Made by a program: the position numbers and the translations under genes
The notes under the pieces: generated by a model
Database searches by the model: none
Seen by the model: only the letters and a program-made list of their open reading frames with translations
Told to the model about the DNA's origin: nothing
Source: Candidatus Thorarchaeota archaeon
GTDB lineage: Archaea > Asgardarchaeota > Thorarchaeia > Thorarchaeales > Thorarchaeaceae
Assembly: GCA_003345545.1 (NCBI GenBank)
Contig: PRDH01000076.1
Location: forward strand, 1 to 64,000
DNA: 64,000 nucleotides
Direction: 5' to 3'
Shown: positions 46,863-57,420 of the stretch, piece after piece
How the letters are laid out: every line of letters starts with the position of its first letter
Position numbering within the stretch: the first letter of the stretch is position 1

Positions 46863-48608
46863 TCAGGCAGGTACATCAAACAAATCAATGAGTCTGAACC
46901 GCTCCACATCCACGAGGCCTAGGTCAGTGATTTTCAGTTTCGGAATAACAGGAAGAGAGAGGAATGCCATCGCCATGAAGGGTTCATCCAATGGAGTCCC
47001 CAGCTCATGAGCAGCCTCCTTCAGCAATATCAGCTTCTCACTGACATATTCTACAGTCTGGTCTGACATCAGGCCCGCGATGGGAAGCGGCAACGATTCG
47101 ATGACTTTCCCTTCCTTCACAACTGCAATGCCGCCCTGCATTCTGACAATCTGAATAGCGGCAGCTATCAGGTCGTTGTCACTTGTTGCGACAGCAACAA
47201 TATTGTGGCTATCATGGGCAATTGAAGAAACCATGGCACCTTCCTTGATTCCTGTTCCATGCACAAAGCCCACGGCGCTCGGTTCTGTTGCATTATGCCT
47301 CTCAATAATAGAAACCTTCACTATGTCACGGTCAATATCAGGAACGACGAAGCCATCGACAACCTTTGCCTCTTCAATGAGCCGTTCCGTAATGATCTGG
47401 TTTGGAATCATTCCAATGACATTCATATGGCTACCCCGTGCTTTGACTTGAAAGTCTTCAGGCTCGAGATAGTGAATGTTCACAGAACGCCTTAGCCTTG
47501 GTTGATCTTGGATGCCGAACTCCTGAACCATCTTGCCCTTCCTAGCCACAAGCACGCCCTGTTTGTACACCCGGTTGACCTTTACAGACTCGAGTGAGTC
47601 CAAGACAACTAAGTCTGCAACATACCCAGGAGCGACTGCGCCGGTATAGCGAAGACCATAGTGCCTTGCCGTAGATAATGTTCCGACCTTGATGGCTTGC
47701 ACTGGGTCAACGCCAAGTTCTATAGCATGTCGAATCATACTGTCGATGTGGCCTTCCGTTATCAGATCAAGCGTGTTGCGATCATCAGTGGCGAAACTGC
47801 ACTGCTCTGCAGTGTAGGGTGTTATAAGTGCAGCAAGAGCCTCAAGATTCCTTGCTGTGGAACCTTCACGAATATGGATATGCATGCCTCTTGATAGTTT
47901 GTTGCGGGCCTCTTCAAGAGTTGTGCATTCGTGCTCAGAAGTGATTCTTGCAGCCGCATAGGCATTCAAATCAAGACCATCAAGACCTGGGGCGTGGCCA
48001 TCGATTCGCTTCTCCATCTTGAGCGCGACAGTTATCTTCTCCAGTATCTCAGGGTCTCTGAAAATCACGCCGGGATAGTTCATCATCTCAGCCAAACCCA
48101 ATACATAGTGCTCTGTCATGAGAGGCTTTATGTCAAGAAAATCGAGAGCTACTCCATTAGTTTCCAACTCCGTGGAAGGAACACATGAGGGGAGCATCAT
48201 GTAGAACTCAAGAGGCCCACCCCGCATGCTCTTGCTCATGTACATGATACCCTCCATACCCAGAACATTGGCAACTTCATGTGGGTCGGCGACCACCGCT
48301 CCAGTGCCATGAGGAACCACAGCACGGGCATACTGAATCGGCATGACCATCGATGACTCAACATGCACATGACCGTCAATAAATGAAGGCGCAACGAATT
48401 TGCCTTTGAGGTCAATGACTTCCTTTCCGCTATACTCACCTATCCCGGCAATGAATGCTCCATCAATCGCAATGTCGCCCGGAGTAATATCCCCAGTGAA
48501 CACATTCACGACACTTGCATTCTTCAGTACAAGACCAGCGCGCGTTCTCCCAGATGCAACATCAATCATCTGGTCCAGAGGGTATTCATCCGAGCGTTCC
48601 AGAAACAT
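46863..48608 (-). CDS. ade: Adenine deaminase
   Basis: FIDGHVHVESSM, DPHE, AEMMNYPG, DGHAP, HIREGS, TDD, AHDSHN, LPVIPKLKITDLGL. Confidence 0.95.
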   Translation of the reverse strand: MFLERSDEYPLDQMIDVASGRTRAGLVLKNASVVNVFTGDITPGDIAIDGAFIAGIGEYSGKEVIDLKGKFVAPSFIDGHVHVESSMVMPIQYARAVVPHGTGAVVADPHEVANVLGMEGIMYMSKSMRGGPLEFYMMLPSCVPSTELETNGVALDFLDIKPLMTEHYVLGLAEMMNYPGVIFRDPEILEKITVALKMEKRIDGHAPGLDGLDLNAYAAARITSEHECTTLEEARNKLSRGMHIHIREGSTARNLEALAALITPYTAEQCSFATDDRNTLDLITEGHIDSMIRHAIELGVDPVQAIKVGTLSTARHYGLRYTGAVAPGYVADLVVLDSLESVKVNRVYKQGVLVARKGKMVQEFGIQDQPRLRRSVNIHYLEPEDFQVKARGSHMNVIGMIPNQIITERLIEEAKVVDGFVVPDIDRDIVKVSIIERHNATEPSAVGFVHGTGIKEGAMVSSIAHDSHNIVAVATSDNDLIAAAIQIVRMQGGIAVVKEGKVIESLPLPIAGLMSDQTVEYVSEKLILLKEAAHELGTPLDEPFMAMAFLSLPVIPKLKITDLGLVDVERFRLIDLFDVPA

Positions 48609-48760
48609 CTCTTATCACTCACTCTGGTGGATAGTTCTATCATGAAAAGGGTTTCTCAAGATGTTCTTCGTTCCCGAGCGACGAATAAAAAAGAGCGTGT
48701 TATCTCAATCTACAAGATACAATTGCGTATGCTCTAACTGATTCAAGGAGAAACTTCGTA

Positions 48761-50044
48761 GTGCTTTATGAATGTATCAAAGCAAAGTCGCTCCTATCCA
48801 AGAAGGAGATGCTTGCTGAGGGATGGTTTCATGTCAACAGGTCACTCAATGCGTACAGAGGCTGTGAACATGGTTGCGTCTACTGTGATGGAATGTCTGA
48901 GTACTACCATGTCGACGACTTCACGACACACATTAGGGTAAAGAAGAATGCGCCCGAGATTCTCAGGAAGGAATTGAAGAAACTGGGATATTCATCTCAA
49001 AGAGAACTGGAAACCGAAACCCTATGGTCATTCCTCCCAGATGGGGATGCGAAGCAATTAGCCATGAGATTACCGCGCAGAATTGTCATCGGAGTCTGCG
49101 GAGGCGTGTCTGATGGATATCAACCTGCAGAGAAGGAGTACAAGATAACACAGCAGATTCTTGAAACTCTGCTCGATTTCAGGCTTCCTGCGACGATTCT
49201 CACCAAGTCCAAACTTGTTCTCAGGGACCTCGATTTGTTGAAGGAACTCAATCGAGCTGCCTTCGTAAATGCAATGTTCACCATCACCTTACATGATGAT
49301 GGCGCACGGAAGATTATCGAGCCACGAGCTTCTTCTACACCAGACAGATTCGCTGCTCTGAAGGAACTGAGGAGAGCTGGAATTCCTGGGGGAGTCATGG
49401 CAACACCTATCGTGCCTTGGATAGGCTCCACCTACGAGAATATGGAGGGACTGGCGAGAGATGCCAAGGCAGCAGGAGCAGAGTTCATCCTCTTCGGAGG
49501 TATGACGCTCAAACCGGGCCGACAGAAGGAGCACTTTCTATCCGTTATCGGAAAGCGCTTCCCGGAGTATCTTGACAAGATCAGAGCCATCTACGCTGAT
49601 GACAATAGATATGGGATTCCAATATGGAGAAGACTTCCTATCAACACAATGCTGGTCGGACATCAGATATGCAAGAAAGTAGGCATTCGGGACAGGTCTG
49701 TACGCCATTTGCTTCCGTCTGAATCTGAGGCCAACTACAGAGTCCTCGGCATCTTGCTAGACATTGTATTCTATCAGCGGTATATGTTGGGTAAACCATG
49801 GAACGTGAGTAGACCGTTCTATGAACTGTCTGTCAAGCTCGAGCGTGGTGTTGAGAATCTCGTGTTGCTGAGAGATGCAGGGCACCTGAAGGAGCGACTG
49901 CTAATCAGTGATGAGATGGAAGGAATTGTGCAACAAGTACTGGAAACTGGGTCATGTGACTATCTCAACCAATTGCTTGGGGATACTCCCGAGGAAAGCA
50001 GTGTTGAACGAGCTTTCATCATCACAGATGGCGAGAATTTATAG
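48761..50044 (+). CDS. Radical SAM protein (SplB/Rv2578c-like)
   Basis: NAYRGCEHGCVYC, SD.YQPAE, ILTKS..VLRD.D, EPRA. Confidence 0.88.
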   Translation: MLYECIKAKSLLSKKEMLAEGWFHVNRSLNAYRGCEHGCVYCDGMSEYYHVDDFTTHIRVKKNAPEILRKELKKLGYSSQRELETETLWSFLPDGDAKQLAMRLPRRIVIGVCGGVSDGYQPAEKEYKITQQILETLLDFRLPATILTKSKLVLRDLDLLKELNRAAFVNAMFTITLHDDGARKIIEPRASSTPDRFAALKELRRAGIPGGVMATPIVPWIGSTYENMEGLARDAKAAGAEFILFGGMTLKPGRQKEHFLSVIGKRFPEYLDKIRAIYADDNRYGIPIWRRLPINTMLVGHQICKKVGIRDRSVRHLLPSESEANYRVLGILLDIVFYQRYMLGKPWNVSRPFYELSVKLERGVENLVLLRDAGHLKERLLISDEMEGIVQQVLETGSCDYLNQLLGDTPEESSVERAFIITDGENL

Positions 50045-50051
50045 CAGTTAT

Positions 50052-50090
50052 CCAAAAAGAAAGAAGCTGACCCGGAAAAGACCGGGTCAG
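50052..50090 (-). terminator. Perfect 9-bp hairpin plus U-rich tract
   Basis: CTGACCCGG-6nt-CCGGGTCAG (50067-50090) then CTTCTTTCTTTTT on the minus strand. Confidence 0.75.
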
Positions 50091-50099
50091 GAAGTTCTA

Positions 50100-52424
50100 C
50101 TATTTCTTGAATTTCTTCAAGTAGACAACAGCTAGCACAACTATGACAGTCACACCAATACCGACAGGCAAGGCGATAGCACCAAGCATTGCTAGGAGGT
50201 CACTGCCGACTGGTGGATGAGGCAGCAACTCAAGTGCGTGAGTTGGCAGAGGGGTCACTTGAATCCAGAGGAAGCCCTCCTCGACAAGCACTCTATTCAC
50301 TCGCAGATCGAGATACGCTACGTCCGAGATTGCGCCGAACTGGATAGATATGGCAGGCAGTACACCCACCAAGGCATCATTCAGATCACCATACGGAATT
50401 GAGTGCGTGCGATGATCATATGGAGCCATCTCACTTATCGACGGAATCCCTGATATATCACCGGTCTTGATTGATACATTGTACCAGGTTCCTGGAACAG
50501 TGTCCAACACAACTGAGTAGTATTCCACACCGAGTCCTAGTAACGGTAGAGTGAAGTTATGTGATCCTGGTCCTCCGGTCACGTCAATTGACGCGTTGTC
50601 ACTGATGTCATAGTACGTAATATCGGTCCATTCCACTGTGAAGTCCAATGCGTAGTCGGGGTATGCCTCTCCCACGCCAAGCGTATTATTGTATGGAGAA
50701 ACAGCTATAACCAAAGTGGCAAACTCGTCGCTCCAGTTTCTGTTCGCAAGTGCGAAATTCACGTTGGTAGAATCTGTTGGGTGCGGAATAGCTGTTGAGC
50801 CATCGTACCATGTTCCCATGGTAAATCCTGAGGCCGACACATATCTGAAGTACTGATCATAGAAAGCAACATCCACCACCGAGGATACATTGTAAACATT
50901 GTTCAGTGTTATACTGAAGTTGTAGTAATGGCCAGGAATTGTAGGGACCATGAAACCACCAATGTATACAATATCTGCGCTAGAGTCCGAAACAATTGGA
51001 CCAACGTTGAACTCTATGAATCCCGAAGTGCTCGCGGCTGTTGTAATGTCAATGAGGTATTTTCCGGCAGGTATGTAGGTCCAATCTGAAGCCGGAATAC
51101 TGTTTCCGTCTACAAGCTCTTCTTCTACAAAGTATCCATCTTCGTTTGCTCCGCGTATGTAGGTAACAAATGCACCAGCAACCTCTGTTGAGTTCACCTT
51201 TATAAGGGAGGGACTATCGAGATCCAAGCTGTATGTGGTTGTCACAGTATGGGAGAAGTAGTTCTCAAGCAAGAACTCGTGACCCAATGGAAGAGTCTCA
51301 GCAACATCACTCTCATGATAGAGTGTGAATTCGATATTATCGCCGCCCATCACTGTTACATAGTAGATGCCACTTCTGAAATTCTGTACGCCACTTGCCG
51401 GGCTCGTGATACTATAGGAGAACCGATCGCCGCCCATGTAGCCATATACGAAGGCGTCGCTTGAGAATATGATGGCAGCTCCCTGAGTAGTGGCAATTGC
51501 AATCTCAGGATAGTTGAAAGAGTAGTGAAGCGACGAAACAGTTGTGCCCGCATCGATCTTGTACGTGTGGGTTGTTGGGGCCATCTCCTCATGAACTAGA
51601 CTTCCGGTTTCATCCAGAATAACCATCTCACCGGTCGGCAAGTCGTCTGTGATGACTTGGCCAGGCGAAATGAGTTGCGGTGCAATTGCCTCGAGATAGA
51701 AGTCGAACTGTGAGAAAACCGCAGAAGTGGGTGTTGCTTCGAAGATTATGTAGTATGTTCCAGCTATCGACGGCCGGAACGGAAGTACAGCAATGTCACC
51801 CTCGGAGCCCGTATATGTGGTCATCTGGCGACCCTGAGGGTCATATATTCCGAGACGCCAAGCTATATTGTCCTGTAAGGAGGCAACAGTCAGATGGACA
51901 AACTCTTGTCCGCTAACGGAGAATGTTCCGAAGTATATGTAGTCGCGGTTAACAACAACAGGCGTGTGCTGGCCAAAAGCAAGAGAAAAGACTTTTCTCT
52001 CAAGAGTTGTGTTAATCACTGCTCCAGATCCGTCGCTACCACTGAAATCGTAGAATAGTGGCAACAAACCAGGATTACCATACGGTCCATTACTGAATGC
52101 GCCGAATTCTTGCCAGTCAAATGGCATATTGGGTGTTGCGGAATAAGAATAGTCGGGTGATCCCCAACCTGAAGAATCATACGCATATACAGTGAGATCG
52201 ACATCCTCATTCAAGTGCAGTCTGCTAAATGATGTCTGGAAAAATGCATCATCTGCAGATGCATAGATGTACGTGTGATTGTTCGCTCCAGGAGCGTAGG
52301 CTGTGTTTTGTGATTGTTCAATAATGACAGATTGTAGTGCGGAAACTGGGGTCGTAACAGACCCAAGTAGGAACACACTAGCAATCATGATACCTAGAAT
52401 CATTTTAGTATTGACGTGCTTCAT
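50100..52424 (-). CDS. Large beta-rich cell-surface glycoprotein (PPC-like domains)
   Basis: GAGGTGAGG before ATG 52424; signal peptide; YDPQG...GTYYI motifs; NxS/T sites; C-terminal TM plus KKFKK. Confidence 0.8.
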   Translation of the reverse strand: MKHVNTKMILGIMIASVFLLGSVTTPVSALQSVIIEQSQNTAYAPGANNHTYIYASADDAFFQTSFSRLHLNEDVDLTVYAYDSSGWGSPDYSYSATPNMPFDWQEFGAFSNGPYGNPGLLPLFYDFSGSDGSGAVINTTLERKVFSLAFGQHTPVVVNRDYIYFGTFSVSGQEFVHLTVASLQDNIAWRLGIYDPQGRQMTTYTGSEGDIAVLPFRPSIAGTYYIIFEATPTSAVFSQFDFYLEAIAPQLISPGQVITDDLPTGEMVILDETGSLVHEEMAPTTHTYKIDAGTTVSSLHYSFNYPEIAIATTQGAAIIFSSDAFVYGYMGGDRFSYSITSPASGVQNFRSGIYYVTVMGGDNIEFTLYHESDVAETLPLGHEFLLENYFSHTVTTTYSLDLDSPSLIKVNSTEVAGAFVTYIRGANEDGYFVEEELVDGNSIPASDWTYIPAGKYLIDITTAASTSGFIEFNVGPIVSDSSADIVYIGGFMVPTIPGHYYNFSITLNNVYNVSSVVDVAFYDQYFRYVSASGFTMGTWYDGSTAIPHPTDSTNVNFALANRNWSDEFATLVIAVSPYNNTLGVGEAYPDYALDFTVEWTDITYYDISDNASIDVTGGPGSHNFTLPLLGLGVEYYSVVLDTVPGTWYNVSIKTGDISGIPSISEMAPYDHRTHSIPYGDLNDALVGVLPAISIQFGAISDVAYLDLRVNRVLVEEGFLWIQVTPLPTHALELLPHPPVGSDLLAMLGAIALPVGIGVTVIVVLAVVYLKKFKK

Positions 52425-52728
52425 GCACATCCTCACCTCGCATTCAGGGTGCGCGCAAAGCAATATGAATTCATTTCATTCGTATTCAGTCGATATTTGC
52501 ACGGGTAGTCACGATAGAATGAGAATGAGCGTGGAAAATACTCAGGGAGCGGTCTTCCCAGCATCAGGATTGGTTCTCGCTCACAGATGTGATGAGTCAG
52601 CCCTCGTCTATTGGTCTAGCCCTCCAGAAACACGGAATAGCTTTTAAACAGGTCACTTGTATTGGCCATTCTAGCTCACAGTTTGAAAGCGTTTGCCAAT
52701 TATATCGCTGTCAAGAGATGATAAATGA

Positions 52729-53391
52729 GTGAAAATCAATCTCAGAACAGATTCCAAGAGCATTGCGCTTCTAGCAGTCTTCAGTGCCATGGTTGCTATG
52801 CTGGAAGTATTCCCTATAGTTGGCATCACTGATCTGAAGTTCTTTCCAGGGGGGACCCCATTCACGCTGGATTGGACTGGCATTCCCATTGCGATAGTGT
52901 TTCTGGGGCTGGGATTGGTTTCAAGTTTCGTGTCAATATCTGTCATGTTCGTTGCAATAGGCTATCGTAACTTCACTGGAGCGGTCTTCAAAGGAGCTGC
53001 AGAGCTACTCACGATCATCGGGGTTCTCTTGGCTAGAGTCATTGCGAAAAGGATGTCCCTCGGCAGCAGGGCGAGTATCTTATTGTACATGTGCTTTGGA
53101 GCAGTCTTCAGAGCAATAGGCATGTATATCTTTAACATTCAATTTCTACCCGTTTTCTATCCTGCGTTCTACACGCCAGAAGCAGCGATTACTGCATCAA
53201 CAGTCCTTGTTCCCTGGAACATTATTCAGGCCATTATCAACATTGTCGGAGGCATCACTCTCTACCAACTGATACCGAAGGAACTCAAGGTTGAAGCAGG
53301 CCTCGGAGAGTTCAGACCCAAAAGCTCCATGAAATACGAAGAGATATCAACAGAAGAAATCGATGCATCGGATGATGAAAAACAGGATTGA
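52729..53391 (+). CDS. ECF transporter S component
   Basis: SIALLAVFSAM (AxxxA), LDWTGIP, PWNIIQAIIN. Confidence 0.75.
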   Translation: MKINLRTDSKSIALLAVFSAMVAMLEVFPIVGITDLKFFPGGTPFTLDWTGIPIAIVFLGLGLVSSFVSISVMFVAIGYRNFTGAVFKGAAELLTIIGVLLARVIAKRMSLGSRASILLYMCFGAVFRAIGMYIFNIQFLPVFYPAFYTPEAAITASTVLVPWNIIQAIINIVGGITLYQLIPKELKVEAGLGEFRPKSSMKYEEISTEEIDASDDEKQD

Positions 53392-54127
53392 ACTGATACC
53401 GCTCCGAGGAATACAGCTTGTTAAGAGAGGAGATGATGTAGCTAGCCTACTTGTGGATGCGATTGAGAGAAGCAGCACTCAACTAGAAGCAGGGGACATA
53501 GTAGTCGTAACGCATTCGATGATATCAATTGCTGAGGGGAGTCTATATGATTCGAGTGAAATTGAGATATCGCCACGTGCAGCTCTAATTGCGGGGGAAA
53601 CTGGACACTCGCCAAGTAGTGTGGAAGTAGCTCTCAGGGAAGCAGATGAGGTCATTCGTGATCATCCAGTCCTTATTACAAGAACCAAGCAAGGTATCAT
53701 CACTGATTTCTCGGGGGTAGATGAGAGCAACGCTCCTCCTGGCTCGATTATTGCATTGCCCAGAAATCCTGATGTCTCAGCGAGACGTATTCATGAAAAG
53801 ATATCGAGGAGGTATGGCCTCGGCATCCCGATAATCGTCACTGACACGCAGGGAAGGCCTTGGCGCAAGGGCGCGGTGAATCTAGCCATTGGATTGGCCG
53901 GCATGTATCCGTTCGTCGAGAATGCAGGAAAGACAGATCTACATGGCCGTGTACTGAGGTCTTCACTCGTTTGCTTGGCTGATCAATTGGCGGCTGCATC
54001 AGAGCTCGTCATGGGGCAATCGAGTGAGGGTATTCCTGCAGTTATCATACGTGGGGTAACATTTGACGAAGGCGAAGGATCTGCCCACCAAATCCTTCGG
54101 AAGCAATCTGAGAATCTATTCCGATAA
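53372..54127 (+). CDS. cofE: Coenzyme F420-0:L-glutamate ligase
   Basis: GDIVVV...IS.AEG, GVDESN, LP.NPD.SA, TDTQGRPWRKG, DQLAAASELVMGQ..EGIPAVIIRG. Confidence 0.92.
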   Translation: MMKNRIELIPLRGIQLVKRGDDVASLLVDAIERSSTQLEAGDIVVVTHSMISIAEGSLYDSSEIEISPRAALIAGETGHSPSSVEVALREADEVIRDHPVLITRTKQGIITDFSGVDESNAPPGSIIALPRNPDVSARRIHEKISRRYGLGIPIIVTDTQGRPWRKGAVNLAIGLAGMYPFVENAGKTDLHGRVLRSSLVCLADQLAAASELVMGQSSEGIPAVIIRGVTFDEGEGSAHQILRKQSENLFR

Positions 54128-54217
54128 TCCGTGATTTCACTTGGTGACAATTCTGCAGGGCGATATGAGAAACGTCAGAATATGGATACAGGCGAGTTCT
54201 GAAACACGGCATGTTCT

Positions 54218-54889
54218 CTAACGATGAGGTAGTGGACTCTGCAATTTGCAGTGCTCAGGTTCTACCTCTAACGTGTCCTGAATCTCAGGCTGACGTCCAG
54301 ACCAAGGAGAAGAGAGAAAGATGACGGAGTGTGGTTTGGTCTTCTTGTCCAACGCCACATATCCTCGAGGAATCAGCTCGCCCACGAGCTTCCTCAGTCT
54401 TGCTTTGCTGATTCCAGTTTCATCTACAAGTTGATCATATGACGAACGACGGTTCTTGCGAATGACTTCCAGAAGACTGTATTCAGGAACAGAGACTAGC
54501 GCTTGACGAAGGGCCTCATTTTCACGTCGGATGAAATTCGCATCTCCGGAGAGAGCGCGAGTCAAGGAAGCACGAATATCATTGATCTCCTCCTGAAGTG
54601 ATGCTCTCTCTGCCTCATAACGTGAGATAATCCCGTTTGAGGCATGAATGAGTTCTGAGCTCAGATCATTACCAAGTCCATCAATGGCCTCTCGGGAGGC
54701 CATACGGGATTCGCGAATTATACCAGCTATATCCTGTGAGTCAAACCACTGACCTTCTAGTAGCGACTCAATCTGATTATAGTAGGAGTCAATCCTCCGT
54801 ATCCAGCTGTCTCGAATCTCCTGAAACGCACCTGCTATTCGGAGTGTTGTTCTAGCAGCAATCTCATCAGGACTTGTCATTGAACTCAC
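54218..54889 (-). CDS. Coiled-coil protein with C-terminal winged helix
   Basis: Heptad region, then SYDQLVDETGISKARLRKLVGELIPRGYV. Confidence 0.7.
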   Translation of the reverse strand: MSSMTSPDEIAARTTLRIAGAFQEIRDSWIRRIDSYYNQIESLLEGQWFDSQDIAGIIRESRMASREAIDGLGNDLSSELIHASNGIISRYEAERASLQEEINDIRASLTRALSGDANFIRRENEALRQALVSVPEYSLLEVIRKNRRSSYDQLVDETGISKARLRKLVGELIPRGYVALDKKTKPHSVIFLSSPWSGRQPEIQDTLEVEPEHCKLQSPLPHR

Positions 54890-54942
54890 AGATTCTGTTT
54901 AACAAAGTAACAAGATTAGAGCTAGTGTCACTGAGATATGAC

Positions 54943-55794
54943 CTATTGAGCACCTATCCAGAAGAGCCTTGAATGGACAGATGCGACAGCGGGATTCCAC
55001 TCCTTAGCCTGTAGGGCAGCCTCGGCCACCAAAGGTACCTCTTCGTCAATCATGAACGACTCGAGGTCGCTGCAGTAATAGAGCGGACTGATATCTACTG
55101 TCTTTAGCTGGTTCTCACTCAGGTCCAACCAGAGAAGGTTTTCGCACTCTCTGAGAGGCAACAAATCGATACTATGAATGCCGGCCTTTCTAAGCCAGAG
55201 ACCTTCAAGATCCTTACATTTGTTGAGTGGATACAGATTCAGACTGCTAATCTGATTCTTCTCAAGGAAAAGCTCCTGAAGATGTGTGCAATGGCTCAAC
55301 GGGTCAAGATCGAGGGCCAGCATCTCATTACTGTCGAGTCTGAGGAATCGAAGTAGTAGATTGGAGCTGAGGGGAGAGAGATCAATCTGATGAAGAAGGT
55401 TCGATTGCAGATTTAGTTCCTCAAGCTGCAGGCATTTTGCCAACGGACCGAGATCAATGCGGTCTATCTTGTTTATTGCAAGCGAGAGCGATACTAGGTT
55501 CGTACACTGTGATAGAGGATAGAGCATGATCGACGTAAGAAGATTGGAGCCTAGGCGAAGTCGCTCGAGGCTATAGCATTCCCCAAGGGGCTCCAAATCG
55601 AGAGAGGTGAGCCAGTTGCCCGTGAGGTCCAGCTCTCGAAGATTCCTACAGTCGGATAGCGGAGTCAGGTCTACTTCCACGATCTTTCGACCGCTCATGT
55701 CTAGCACTCCAACAGACTCATCTACTTCCATGTAGAGTTTTATTCCATTCTCAATCCTGTAATCGATTTGGATGTCTGTCACCCGGGTCATCAC
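54943..55794 (-). CDS. Leucine-rich repeat protein
   Basis: 22-aa repeats L..L.L..N.L..IDL.PL..C. Confidence 0.92.
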   Translation of the reverse strand: MMTRVTDIQIDYRIENGIKLYMEVDESVGVLDMSGRKIVEVDLTPLSDCRNLRELDLTGNWLTSLDLEPLGECYSLERLRLGSNLLTSIMLYPLSQCTNLVSLSLAINKIDRIDLGPLAKCLQLEELNLQSNLLHQIDLSPLSSNLLLRFLRLDSNEMLALDLDPLSHCTHLQELFLEKNQISSLNLYPLNKCKDLEGLWLRKAGIHSIDLLPLRECENLLWLDLSENQLKTVDISPLYYCSDLESFMIDEEVPLVAEAALQAKEWNPAVASVHSRLFWIGAQ

Positions 55795-55922
55795 CCAACT
55801 TCAGGAGGCTGCTCGTTGCGGCAGCATAGTTCTCGCGGACTTGCCAACAATTCTGCGGAGTTAGCTAGTCATACGTAAGTCGTTGATTAATCGTTTGTCC
55901 GATGCTGGTAATATAGAACTAT

Positions 55923-56651
55923 CTATGTTGTCTTGTACCTCTCACTTGATTCATGGAGCCAATCTATGTTATCTAGTATCTCATTAATCGGCTCAGGAAA
56001 ATAGGAGAGATGCCTCAGTTTGTGGTTGGCACTTATAGACACATCACTGTCGATAATCAGTGATTCAAGCTGCTCGCATTGGAATAGTACCGATATGTCA
56101 ACGAATTTGAGTGCGTTCTCGTTCAAATGCAGATACCGCAAGTCGAGGGAGTCTTGCAGTGGAGACAGGTCAATGCTCGAAAGCTTGTTGCCTGACAGAA
56201 CGAGATACTGTAGCCTGGGGTTACCATTGAGAGGGGCGAGATCGATCTCCTGAAGTCGGTTGTCCGCTAGGTAGAGCCACTTCAGGTTCCTGCAGTCACC
56301 CAGAGGTGAGAGATCCAGCTTCTCCAGAAGATTATCCGAGAGCTCGAGCGCCTCAAGTTCCCTACAACTGCTCAGGGGGCGCAAATCAATAGTATTGAGC
56401 CGATTCGAGGATATGCTGAGCATCTTCAGCCGGTGGCAGGTAGAGAGCGGCGCTAAGTCAATATTCGTGATGTGGTTCGTGTTCAGGGTCAGTTTCTCAA
56501 GACGGGGGGATTGACCAACAGGCTCGAGACTCAACGACTTTATTCCAAGGTCGGATAGGTCGATTTCTGTGTGAATGTCATCTTTCTCGACCTGATATCT
56601 CTCACCATCCGAGTCTATGTACCTAATGGTGAATCTGGCCGCCATCCGCAT
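55923..56651 (-). CDS. Leucine-rich repeat protein
   Basis: Same 22-aa IDLxPL repeat and VDIS.L..C..LE cap. Confidence 0.92.
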   Translation of the reverse strand: MRMAARFTIRYIDSDGERYQVEKDDIHTEIDLSDLGIKSLSLEPVGQSPRLEKLTLNTNHITNIDLAPLSTCHRLKMLSISSNRLNTIDLRPLSSCRELEALELSDNLLEKLDLSPLGDCRNLKWLYLADNRLQEIDLAPLNGNPRLQYLVLSGNKLSSIDLSPLQDSLDLRYLHLNENALKFVDISVLFQCEQLESLIIDSDVSISANHKLRHLSYFPEPINEILDNIDWLHESSERYKTT

Positions 56652-56767
56652 CTCCGACCTCTTTCTTGTTTAGGCTTTGGTGATTATGAGCACATATCTT
56701 TATAGATTTGTCCCGAAGAGCGCATTGACAGATTCTGATGGGTCCAGTGCAGGGAAAAAGTCGTCTT

Positions 56768-57310
56768 CTAGGTTCTCTCAAGGTGTCCCCATGGCAAAGG
56801 AGTTGGGATAGTCTGCATGAACCGCGAGATTATCTCTTTTACGCCATCGGGATTGTGCACTTCATCGAAAACCAGTGCTGGGCAATCTTTGTCAGCAGCA
56901 GTGCAAATTTCCACTTCTCCCATCCCAACCCTGGTCTCTTCGGGACCACCAGTCGCCCGACATTCGACGATCTCGTCAAAAAAGACACGCTTGGTCCGAC
57001 GTCTGATAATTCCTCTTCGAACCCGTACATTCCATGTAGTGATGATGTAGAGAGTGAAGAGGTGTCTGCCCTCGGCTCCAATGAAGAGGAGAACACCAAG
57101 AATCATAGAAGCTGAACTGAGCGACCAAGAGAGAACATCACTTGAGATTGTTCCGTAAGATGTCAGAACCATAAAGGTGAGACCAACAATGAAAAGAACC
57201 ACGCTGAAAACGTAGTAGAAAATGGATGATGCGCGCTGCGGGTGAAGTATCAGTACAAGCCGTTCTCGCTTGTCAGGTGGGAATCTTACCTCTGGCTCCA
57301 CTTTGCTCAT
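56768..57310 (-). CDS. Membrane protein with bacterial PH (bPH_2-like) domain
   Basis: 2 TMs then YIIT..V.VRRGII.R......I......GMG.V.I.TA; start MSKVEPE inferred. Confidence 0.75.
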   Translation of the reverse strand: MSKVEPEVRFPPDKRERLVLILHPQRASSIFYYVFSVVLFIVGLTFMVLTSYGTISSDVLSWSLSSASMILGVLLFIGAEGRHLFTLYIITTWNVRVRRGIIRRRTKRVFFDEIVECRATGGPEETRVGMGEVEICTAADKDCPALVFDEVHNPDGVKEIISRFMQTIPTPLPWGHLERT

Positions 57311-57420
57311 GTCCAACACCACATCTATGCAGTGAAGGGAACTTATCAAAGTGACGAATATATTGATCCTGTTCGAGGAACTCAACCATTAGGTGGGAGC
57401 TACGGATTCATACAGCCGTC

